Source of the DNA: Balanoglossus misakiensis
Lineage: Eukaryota; Animalia; Hemichordata
Direction of reading: 5' to 3'
Assembly: GCA_040954595.2 (NCBI GenBank)
Contig: JBECUI020000041.1
Coordinates: forward strand, 1 to 64,000
DNA: 64,000 nucleotides
In this document: in pieces, positions 22,010-31,371 of the stretch
How the letters are laid out: each line of letters begins with the position of its first letter
Position numbering within the stretch: position 1 is the stretch's first letter
Notes under the pieces: model-generated
The model's database searches: none
Seen by the model: the letters and a program-made list of their open reading frames with translations, nothing else
What the model was told of the DNA's origin: nothing
Program-made: the position numbers and the translations under genes

Positions 22010-22880
22010 TCAGCGAGCTGCCTGCGCCTCGGTCTTTGCCCACAGCTCCTTGGCAAGCGCCTCATCCTGGGCCAGCCCGCTCGGCGCCTTCTCCCTGCAC
22101 TTCTCGAAATATCGCCCGCTCACCGACTCCAACTCGGGGGCGGGCGCCACGTAGATCGAGGTTTGCGCCCCTGTCTCGGGTCCGGGGAGGAACCACTTCA
22201 TGATGCGGAACATCAGCGCGTTGAGCCCTTTGAGATCACCGTCACCTCCGAACTCGGTTGCGATCACACCAGGATGCAGCGAGTTGGCGGTGACGCCCGT
22301 GCCTTCCAGGCGGCGGGCCAGCTCGTTCGAGAACAGGATACCGGCGAGCTTGGCGCGGTTGTATGCCGCGTCCCACTTGAAGCGCTTGGTACTCTGCAGA
22401 TCATCGAGGTCGAGTGTCTTGACCGAAGCGTGCAACGCCGAAGAAACCGTCACCACGCGCGACGGCGCTGAGGCTTTGAGTAGCGGAAGGAGTTCGTTGG
22501 TCAGCACGAACGGCGCCAGGTAGTTCACGGCGAAGATCAGCTCGAAGTCATCCACGGTCTCGACCCTGCGGTCCACGCCGACCCCGGCGTTGTTGATCAG
22601 CACATCGAGCCGATCGGTGCTCTCAGCGATAGCTGTGGCCAAACGGCGGACCTCGGCGATGCTCGAAAGGTCGGCGACGAAGGTTTCCACACTGCTGTTC
22701 CCGGTGGCTGCGCAGATGGCCTCGGCCGCTGCTTCGAGCTTGGCTGCATTTCGGTCCGCAGGCGAGTACCCTCGCGCCCATGCGGGCCAGTGCCTCGGCG
22801 GTTGCGCGACCGATGCCTGTGTTCGCACCGGTGATGGCGACGACCTTTCCCGTCATGTCGACTTCTGGTGCCTTCTTCAT
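22010..22880 (-). CDS. SDR oxidoreductase, retinol-dehydrogenase-like (frameshift)
   Basis: ITGANTGIG, DVLINNAG, VSS, YNRAK, LHPGVIAT. Confidence 0.85.
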
Positions 22881-23685
22881 TGGCTAGCTCCTCGCTGTCT
22901 TTCTCGCGAAAGCTCTCGATGCGGCCAAGAGTCCCCAACACCGCGAAACAGCCGGTCACGGTCAGGCAGAGCCAAAGAGGCAACTCGCCAGACCCAGAGA
23001 GAACGGTCTGTCGAATCCCGTCCACCAGGTAGCTCGTCGGATTGGCCATTGCCCCCACCTTCATCCATCCGGGCAGCGACGCCATCGGATAGAGCGCATT
23101 GCTCAAAAACAAGACGGGCAGGTTCAGCAGCATGATCATGGCGTGGTACGCCATGAGGTCATCGGTCTTGGAGGCGACGGCCAGGGCGAGTCCGGAGAAG
23201 CCCACCGCATATCCCATGAGCAACGCGATGCCGATCAACCATCCGATGGGATGCATCGTCACATCGGCCCCCATCAAGATGCCGACCACGAAGATGACCA
23301 GCGCTTGAACCAGGGCTTTGGTGAGAGTGCTGCCGACGTTGCCAAGCAAGATACTGATCCGAGGGACAGGCGCGACCAGGTACTCCTTGACGATTCCGCG
23401 AACGCGCTCGTCGAGCCAAGCCATACCACCGCCGATGGCGCCGCCCATGGCACTAAGGGCAACGATGCCGGGCAGCATGTAGCCCACGTAGCCGTCAGCC
23501 GAGCCCGCGGCTGCGCCGACGATGCTGCGCATGCCTCCCCCGAAGAGCACAACCCAGAGCACGGGTTGGATCATCAACCCGAACAGCTCCTCGCCATTGC
23601 CGAGGAACTTCCGAACATGTTTGTGCCAAATCGAAAACGCTGCTCCGACGAGACTGGGCTCTCTTGTGACCACAGCGGTGTTCAT
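22877..23685 (-). CDS. ABC-2 type exporter permease (frameshift near 3' end)
   Basis: QPVLWVVLFG, KEYLVAP, FLSNALYP, ANPTSY. Confidence 0.85.
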
Positions 23686-24671
23686 GGCTGCACCCCGTCT
23701 CGTAGTTGGCGTCCTGTATGCCTGAAGAACACGGCGCCAAGATCGGGCTTGGCCACCGATACATCTTCAATAACGAAGCCCGCCTGGTCAGTGATGGTGA
23801 CGACCTCGGCTAGATGACGGGAGGCGGATTCGACGCCAAGGAGGAAACCGCCATCCACTCTCGAAAAGGATTGGACGAACCCGACGTTGGCGAACAAACC
23901 GTCGAGCTTGGCGGCTGTGCCACTTCCGAGAACGCGTATCGTGTCCGCTCCTAGCTCGTCGATCAACGCTGCCGGTGTCCCCTCTGCCACCAAACGGCCC
24001 TGGTCCATGATGGCCACACGGTCGGCGAGTTGCTCAGCCTCATCGAGGTAGTGCGTGGTGAGCAGCACGGTGAGCTCCGTGCGCTGTTTCAACTCTCGGA
24101 TGTAATCCCAGATTCGAACCCTCCCGGCGGGATCAAGACCAAGCGTAGGCTCGTCGAGAAACAGTACTCTCGGTACAGTCATCAGGGCACGGGCGAGCTC
24201 GAGCCGACGCTTCATGCCACCCGAGTATTCCTTGCACTTCCGCCCGGCAGCGTCCGAAAGCTCGGCAAGCGAGAGAAGCTCGTCAGCCCGCTTGCGTCTC
24301 TCGGATGCCGGAAGCCCATAGAGCCGCCCGTGGTAGTCGAGCACCTGTCTGCCGGTGAGTGCATCGTCGAGCACCATCTCCTGAAAGGTGACCCCAATCT
24401 CACAGCGAACCGCCGCCGCCTCGGTTACGACATCCCGCCCATGGATTAGGGCGGTTCCGGAAGTAGGCGCGGCCAGCGTTGTGAGAATGGAAATCGTCGT
24501 CGTCTTGCCCGCGCCGTTTGGTCCGAGCAGCGCGTAGGTAGCTCCTCGCGGCACGACAAGGTCAAGAGACTGGACGGCTCGGATGTCCTTGTTGAAAATC
24601 TTGCAGAGGCCGTGCGTCTCGATTGCCGGCGGAGATCCGGACGAAACGCGGTCAGTGTTGGTCGCCATCAT
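23682..24671 (-). CDS. DrrA-like ABC exporter ATPase
   Basis: GPNGAGKT, YSGGMKRR, FLDEPT, TTHY. Confidence 0.9.
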   Translation of the reverse strand: MMATNTDRVSSGSPPAIETHGLCKIFNKDIRAVQSLDLVVPRGATYALLGPNGAGKTTTISILTTLAAPTSGTALIHGRDVVTEAAAVRCEIGVTFQEMVLDDALTGRQVLDYHGRLYGLPASERRKRADELLSLAELSDAAGRKCKEYSGGMKRRLELARALMTVPRVLFLDEPTLGLDPAGRVRIWDYIRELKQRTELTVLLTTHYLDEAEQLADRVAIMDQGRLVAEGTPAALIDELGADTIRVLGSGTAAKLDGLFANVGFVQSFSRVDGGFLLGVESASRHLAEVVTITDQAGFVIEDVSVAKPDLGAVFFRHTGRQLRDGVQP

Positions 24672-25201
24672 GGGGACTCCAAGTGCGCCATCACCTCGTC
24701 GAGAATCTGGAGCTCGAGCTCCACGAAGCGACGGGCGTATTCCACAGCCAGGTGCGCGCTACCGCTGTGGTGTTCATGCTCCGCAGCCTCCTCCCCGGCC
24801 TGCGAGGCTAGGCTGTCTCGGTAGCGCTCAACGGCTTGGCGTCGGTGCTGGAGCAGATCGATAGCCTGATCTGCCGGGATGTCATCGAGGAAGCTAAGAC
24901 TGACCGCCGCCGGAAACTCCGCTGGGCTGAATGCCTTCAATTGCTCCGTCAGTAGCAGTTGGAACGCTTGCTCACCTTTCTCGGTCACGGAAAACACCCG
25001 GCGGGGTCTATCTCCGGTTGGCTCATCTCGATGCTCCACCCAACCGTCCTGCTCCATACGGTCGAGGAGGTTGTAGGCCGTGGGTTTCTTGAGCGAGATG
25101 GGGACCGAACCGTCCAGGTGCGCGTTGAGCAGGTAGCCGTGCATGTCGCTTCTGCGCAGCAACCCGAGCAACAACAGCTTGCGCTCATTGGTCATGGGCA
25201 T
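24668..25201 (-). CDS. PadR family transcriptional regulator
   Basis: LLGLL..SDMHGY, YNLLDRMEQDGWV, RRVFSVTEKG. Confidence 0.85.
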   Translation of the reverse strand: MPMTNERKLLLLGLLRRSDMHGYLLNAHLDGSVPISLKKPTAYNLLDRMEQDGWVEHRDEPTGDRPRRVFSVTEKGEQAFQLLLTEQLKAFSPAEFPAAVSLSFLDDIPADQAIDLLQHRRQAVERYRDSLASQAGEEAAEHEHHSGSAHLAVEYARRFVELELQILDEVMAHLESP

Positions 25202-25230
25202 GTCTGTCCTCCATCGCTTTGGGCCACAAC

Positions 25231-25542
25231 TCAACCGTGCATGGTCACGACGTCGTCGTAGAACCCCTCGAAAGGCGCGTCCGCGTACATTTTGTCGAAA
25301 TCCTTGAACTTCGGATTCCGGTGGAACTTGGCCTCGGCGGTCTTCATCCAGACCTTCCAAGCCTCCTGATCCTTCCAGGCAGTGAAGGCGAAGTAGGGAT
25401 CGCCGTCTTTGCGAGGCCGCAGGAGCTGATGGGCAACGAAGCCTTCGACGCCCTCGAACATGCTGGCCATCTCCTTGAGGAGATCTTCGAAGTCCGCGCG
25501 ACACTCGGATTTGGGTGTGAGCTGATGAACAACTGAATACAT
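25231..25542 (-). CDS. Antibiotic biosynthesis monooxygenase (ABM/IsdG-like) protein
   Basis: 103 aa, EGF..HQLLR, W....AWK.W pattern; GGAGG RBS. Confidence 0.7.
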   Translation of the reverse strand: MYSVVHQLTPKSECRADFEDLLKEMASMFEGVEGFVAHQLLRPRKDGDPYFAFTAWKDQEAWKVWMKTAEAKFHRNPKFKDFDKMYADAPFEGFYDDVVTMHG

Positions 25543-25563
25543 GGTGTCCTCCTTGGGAATAGT

Positions 25564-25612
25564 TAGTCAGTTCTGACTATTCGAATATAGTCAGTATTGA
25601 CTATCGTGTCAA
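25564..25612 (-). promoter_or_regulatory. Promoter TTGACA-17-TATATT overlapped by two palindromic operators
   Basis: TAGTCAGTTCTGACTA (25564-25579) and ATAGTCAGTATTGACTAT (25587-25604); -35 at 25607-25612 on minus strand. Confidence 0.75.
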
Positions 25613-25845
25613 GCGGTCAAGCATTCCAATGGTCCACGCCTGTGAGCAACAAGCGCGGTTTCATTCGGCGCAAGGGTCATACGGCAACAAATTGAGATCC
25701 CATCAGACTTCGTGACACATCGAGCAAGTGATGTATTTCATATTGCGCCACACCGAATGGGACGGTATGATAGATACAGCTTTCTTATTGGGTCATTCGC
25801 TCTGGCAAAGGGAGAAGTAACCAGAAGCAGTGGCAGAGGACCACC

Positions 25846-26160
25846 ATGGATGAACGGTTCGTTGAGATCGCCGCCAGGATGGCAGAGGGGGGAAAACCCT
25901 GACCCTGGAAGCACTGGCGCGCGAGGCTGGAGTCTCCCGATCCACTGCTCACCGGCGCACAGGTGGTTTGACCGCTGTTCTCACGGCACTTGAAGCCCGC
26001 GGCATCGACAGCGAAAACCAGACGATCCAGGGCCGCCTCCTTGCATCTGCCCGGTCGTTGGTGGCTACGCAAGGTGTCATCGGCGCCACTGTGGAAAGCA
26101 TCGCCGAGCACGGCAACGTCAGCCCCGTGTCTGTGTACCGGACCTTCGGGGATCGGGAGA
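25846..26160 (+). pseudogene. TetR-family regulator N-terminus truncated by IS256
   Basis: LLASARSLVATQGVIGATVESIAEHGNVSPVSVYRTFG HTH ends at the IS boundary. Confidence 0.65.
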
Positions 26161-27481
26161 GGTAGTGTCAAGAATTTGCGCACTTTCAAATCTCCAATGT
26201 TGAAAGAGCCTAACTTACATCTTGCCTTATCGCTTCAAGTAAGTCCATATTCAAATACTTTTCTGTACTCCATTTTGTTCCCATGATGTACCTGAGCCTG
26301 GCAGCTGATAGCATAAGGGCCGAATCCCCATCGGGGAAATGTTCTGCTAGTATGGTTCTGCGAACCAGGGTTCTGCGAACCAGGGTTCTGCGTTTGATTT
26401 CTTTCATGATTCTTTCAAGAGGATTAGTCCTGATCCGAATCCAATGTTCCTGAGGGAAATACCTATGCTCAAAAGTTTCGTGGATATAGTTTCTCAGCAC
26501 GTCAGCAGCCTTGGGAAGTTTCATATTGCGAAGTTTCGCTTCAATCAGTTGAGCCTTCTCAAGAGCAGCATCACGATCTTCTTGCGCATGAATTGTCAGG
26601 CATTGCTGCAACTTCACGGACCTTCGCACGGGAACCACCTGGAATACATTCCGGTAATCGTGAACAACGCATCGTTGCCATCGTGCTTTGGGGAAAAACT
26701 CTTCGATGGATTCAGGCCAACCCGATGCATTTGTCGCTTATGAAAAGCTTTAGTATCCTTAAGCCCTTGGGTTGTTACGTGTGCAAGAAAGTTGCTCCAT
26801 CCAGCTTTATCTTCCTTTTCACCTTCAAGAAGGCCTAAAACACTACGATATCCGCTTTCTGAGACGCCTATCGCTACCAGAATGCTCACATTTCTCAACT
26901 TTTCCAGCCCATGAGCGCTTATTGATTCTCTACTAAGAGATCCTGGTTCAAATTGCTCATTGTCCCAGGGCTTTACCTTGCTTCCCCAAAGGGCGCCTCG
27001 GTAATATCTTTAACTCGGTGCACTGAAACACCGGCTAGGTAGATTTCAACTAAGGCTTCTTCAACGGATGTTTCCCGGCGTTTATAACGCTCAATAATTG
27101 CTGTTTCGAATGGAAGCCGAAGTAGGGACAGGTCGCGACCTGTCCCTACTCTTGAAAGCAGTGATATCCAACTTCCTGGTGTAATGTCCAGCACGAGTAT
27201 CTTTTCGTGCATCCGTAGGTTCGTATTTTTCAGCCTGAAGTAAAAATCTACCTCTGCATTGAGCATGGCATTCAAGGTTCCCTCTACGGTTGTTTTAACC
27301 ATTTGGCTTAACTTGCTCTGTACAAGACCTTCATCGATCTGTATGATCTTTCCCGTGGGGTCTTTTTCTGACCTCATTTTGTCCTCCGTGTGAATGGTTT
27401 TACATTCGATTCCATGTCAACATTGGAGGACATTTTTTTTCAATGCCTTTTTAGAATGTGCGCAATTTTTTAAACACTACC
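26161..27481 (-). mobile_element. IS256-family element, defective copy 1
   Basis: Imperfect terminal IRs GGTAGTGTCAAGAATTTGCGCAC / GTGCGCAATTTTTTAAACACTACC; fragments MYLAGVS-like, LVAIGV, IRTNPLERIMKEIKRRT; palindrome at 27122-27149. Confidence 0.93.
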
Positions 27482-27669
27482 CAGGGTGATAAACAAGCGG
27501 AAGATCGCTGGACCGTCGCCGGCGGCGAGTTTCTTGGGGGCAACCGAGAAGCCACCGACGCACTCAGGATCGCAGTAAAACGGAAGTCTTCGTTTTCCAA
27601 ACGCGCTGTTCGCGTACCAGGCGACGACTCTTCCTATGGCGATTCCCGAGGTCTGAGCGTGCCGAGGTT

Positions 27670-28997
27670 TCAGAGTACGCTCGCGGACAAGCTCGGCGTG
27701 TGAGTGCTTGCCATAGCCACTCGCGGAGGCGAATCGAAGGGCCACCACCTCGTGCCTCCATCGAGAATGTCGTCAACCGGTACTCCAACTAGCCGTATTC
27801 GCACCTGTTGGCCTGCGGCCGTGGGGGCAAAAAGCAGCGTGGTGGAGCGATCCGTCTCACCGCTTACGATCGGGTGTAGGAGCACGACCTCGCGAGGCTC
27901 CGGCATCGCGTAGGCGAGCCCGTAGGTGGTGAGCTGGTACAGCTCTGCCGAGGTCGGCGGGTGCTCGTGACGGTTTTTGTACTTGGCATCCGCCACCGCG
28001 ACAACCTTGCGACGCCGGCGGAACACGAAGTCCGGTCGGATCGTCGGCTGGTTCCAGCCGCTGGCGTTCTCAAGGTAGCTGAACACGTCGGAGCGCACAT
28101 CCTGGGCACTGATGCGGAAGTCGTCGGGCGCCGTCTCGCGGAAATAGCGGCTAAGGAAGCGCTCGAAGACCGTGTTCATGTTCAGTGTGAAGCTCGACAG
28201 CGGCATCTCGCCGGCCGTCTGGTGTTCACCGAGTCGCGTGCCCTGGTGGATGAGCGCAATCAATGTGAGCGCAGTCCCGGTAATGGCTCGTGCGCCTATC
28301 CAGGCCGTCGACCATCACGCGCAGGGTCTCAGTGTCGAGGTCGATGCGAGTCAAGTCACCGAAGAACCGGTCGGCAGCGCGCGCAAGGTCTAGCCGGAGG
28401 TCGGCCGACTGCATCACCCGCGAAGCGAGACGTAGGCCGGCAGCAACGACCTGATTGACTTGGTGGTCCAGAGTCAGATCGTCGTAGGTGCAGCGCAGGG
28501 TCGATCTGCGTGGGTGCGTTGCGATGTACCGCATGTCGAGCCGACCTCGCGGGGTCGCAAGGTCCTCGTTGCGCGTTTGGTAGTCGGGTAACAGGCCGCC
28601 CCGCGCGATCCGCTCGACTGCCCGAAGGAGCGACACGCCGAGCAGGTCGATCAACCCATCGTCGCTCGTGTGATAGACCGTCCGCGTCTTCGTCACCGTG
28701 AGATCAGAGAGGTCGAAGGCGTAGGCAAACCAGGCGCATCAGGTTGTCAATGCGGATCTTGGGCATGATGACGATCCGCAGCTTGCTCAGACTCACGGTG
28801 CCGATGTGTGGGCCCACCGAGACCGCAAGACCAGCGCGCAGCTCAGTGAAGCGAAGGCTGGAACGTCCCTCCAACTCCGCGAGAAGTTCGTGGTCGGCAG
28901 CTGTCAGGGTCAGGCCGCGCAGCAGCGCGCCCACTCCGGGCGAGTCTGGCGACCACGAGCTCCATTCGCGAATGCGGAGGGTGGGACGCGGCGTCAT
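27670..28997 (-). CDS. mcrC: McrC family PD-(D/E)xK nuclease subunit (split by two frameshifts)
   Basis: RGRLD, MNTVFERF, IRPD...ADAKYK, ELYQLTTY; 4-nt overlap with mcrB. Confidence 0.85.
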
Positions 28998-31363
28998 CCG
29001 AGGTTGGCTTCTGTCTCCGAGGGCTCCTCGGCATCCTCATCGTCGGGTACATCTTCACCGAGCACCGCGTCGTGCTTCTTGTCCTCCGGCGTCACAATAG
29101 CGATGAGTGCTAGCGCCAACTCGTCCTCCCGTCCGGCCTCGAACAGGTCGAAGCGGAGGTTCGACGCCTCGCGGTCGTATGCCCCCCCTTTGTCCGCGCC
29201 GAGGATGTTCGCGAGCTTGTTTGGATCCTCGTAACAGTATTCCTGCAGCAGGGGCCAAAGTTCGTCCCGCACGATTTCCCCGATTCGCGTGATGGTCGCT
29301 GCCGGTTTCCCGCCAGGCATCAGGTAGGCGTGGCCGACCTGGAGGTTGCGACCGTCGCGACCGAGCTGTTCGACGATGCGCCGGTTGAGTGCTCGGAGCC
29401 AGGTGCTGAGAGTGATCTCGGCGATGGAGCCCGAACGTAGCAGGTGAGGTTCCGGGAGCAGTTCCTTGAAGGCAAAACGCCGACGCAAGGCGGTGTCGAG
29501 CAGAAGAATCGAGCGGTCCGCAGTGTTCATCGTTCCGATTACCAGGAGGTTCTCGGCGACTGTAAACGGCTCCTTCGACAGAGGTAGCAGCGTGCTCGTG
29601 GTTCCGCGCTTCGAGGCCTCGATGAGTGTAATGAGCTCTCCGAAGATCTTCGGGATGTTGCCCCGGTTGATCTCGTCAATAATCAACACGAAGCGCTTGT
29701 TAGGCTGGGCTTGTGCTGCAGTGACCATTCGTTTGAAGATCCCTGGTTCGAGCTTAAAACCCTCCCCGTCGGGCCGGTATCCCTCGATGAAGTCCTCATA
29801 GGAATACATCGGGTGAAACGTACAGGTCGCCACGTATGGATCGGCGCCAGCGCGCCCATACACAGCGTCACGCTGACGGTCGGAGAGCTGCGACGGCAAA
29901 CAGTTGAAATTGTGGCGTGCCACTATCTCCAATGCGATGCGCTCAGCGTGATAGGTCTTGCCGGTGCCGGGCGGGCCATAGAGGATGACCTGCCGCTTTC
30001 TGTCGAGCATGTCGATGACGTGGCGGGCAATTCCTTCGAGAGGCGGAGCCGGAGCCTTCTTCTCACCCGCGCCAATTCCGCTCGCTGTTGAGAGCGGTCG
30101 AGGTGGCAGGACGGACGCACCATCGAGAACGCTCGAGAAGTTCGGCCACGGACCCACACCATTGACGAGCAGTGAGGCCTCGATATCCGCAACCACCGAA
30201 TGGGTAGGGTCGAGCATCAGCAGGCTGGTACCGACCTCCACGGGTGTGCTGGTTTCGAAGTTCCTGTTGTGGTGCCAGCGAACCGGAACCTGGTGTGGAC
30301 GCTCTGCGCCATGGGCGAAGCGGTATCCCCCCGTCACCTCGCCAACTGCAACCACTGTAGAGGCATCAGCGAAGAGGGCGATTATGCTTCCCTCCTTGAG
30401 TCGGTACGCGAGTTCCGTGAGGTTGTGTGCGTCCTGCGATTGGGCGCTCAGGCCTGCATCCTGGAAAGCAGTCTCAACGGCCAGCCGGATCTCACGTTTC
30501 TTGTTCAGCGCGAGCACCTCGGCAAGATTACCGACCTTGGTCGGTTCCAGAGCGAGATGTTCGTGGGCAAGCATCTCCTTCCACGCGGAAACCTCACCAG
30601 CGAGACCGAGGCACCAATGGTCACGTGGCGCGAGGCCCTTGCCAACCCGATACCGCAGCTGCGTGGGCAAGTCACTAAGTGCTGGGATGCTGTTCCAGAA
30701 GCGGATGATCTGGATATCCTGAGCATACAGACCCGCGCCCGTCGGCACGACGCCTACACAATAGAGCTCAGCTTCAGACCATGCCTGGGTCGCGCTCCAC
30801 GTCACGAGATCCGGAAAATTCAGATGCAGGTACTTGTGTAGCCAAGCGCTGGTGTTCCAGCGTGGCGCTGCGGCCTCAATTTCAGCCTGGAACTCTTCCG
30901 GGTCGACCGTCTCGATCGGTCTTCCGTGGAAGGCCCGAATGGCCTCGACGGCGTCGAGCATCTCGGTGCGTCTCTCTTCGAGCGCTTTCAGAGCCAAATC
31001 CTCAGAGATGTTATGAATCGACCGCGAGCCGGGCTGCTTGGCGCGCCACGAGCCCGTCTTCTTCTCTTGCCAAGGACCGAACTTTGCTGCAGAGCCGCCC
31101 GATATGCTGCCGAAGAGCCTGTAGCTGAAGTCCTCATCGTTCTTGAACTCGAGCCAGTAGTCCATTGGCTGGTCATTCGAAGCATTGTGCGGTAGCTGGC
31201 GCAGCAATTCTGGCCCGCTCATCTTGGCGAGCTGCTCCGGTCCGTATAGCGCGAGGAAGCCCGCACGCTGCCGAGAGATCTCGGAAACGTCCGGCAGAAC
31301 GAATGAGCGACCCAGCTCTGCGGCGAGGTACCGATTCAGAATTTCGCGTGCCTGCGTTTGCAT
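28994..31363 (-). CDS. mcrB: McrB family AAA+ GTPase with long N-terminal region
   Basis: GPPGTGKT, TFHPMYSYEDFIEG, IIDEINRGN, GTMNTADRS, ALRRRF. Confidence 0.93.
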   Translation of the reverse strand: MQTQAREILNRYLAAELGRSFVLPDVSEISRQRAGFLALYGPEQLAKMSGPELLRQLPHNASNDQPMDYWLEFKNDEDFSYRLFGSISGGSAAKFGPWQEKKTGSWRAKQPGSRSIHNISEDLALKALEERRTEMLDAVEAIRAFHGRPIETVDPEEFQAEIEAAAPRWNTSAWLHKYLHLNFPDLVTWSATQAWSEAELYCVGVVPTGAGLYAQDIQIIRFWNSIPALSDLPTQLRYRVGKGLAPRDHWCLGLAGEVSAWKEMLAHEHLALEPTKVGNLAEVLALNKKREIRLAVETAFQDAGLSAQSQDAHNLTELAYRLKEGSIIALFADASTVVAVGEVTGGYRFAHGAERPHQVPVRWHHNRNFETSTPVEVGTSLLMLDPTHSVVADIEASLLVNGVGPWPNFSSVLDGASVLPPRPLSTASGIGAGEKKAPAPPLEGIARHVIDMLDRKRQVILYGPPGTGKTYHAERIALEIVARHNFNCLPSQLSDRQRDAVYGRAGADPYVATCTFHPMYSYEDFIEGYRPDGEGFKLEPGIFKRMVTAAQAQPNKRFVLIIDEINRGNIPKIFGELITLIEASKRGTTSTLLPLSKEPFTVAENLLVIGTMNTADRSILLLDTALRRRFAFKELLPEPHLLRSGSIAEITLSTWLRALNRRIVEQLGRDGRNLQVGHAYLMPGGKPAATITRIGEIVRDELWPLLQEYCYEDPNKLANILGADKGGAYDREASNLRFDLFEAGREDELALALIAIVTPEDKKHDAVLGEDVPDDEDAEEPSETEANLG

Positions 31364-31371
31364 GGGCGCTC

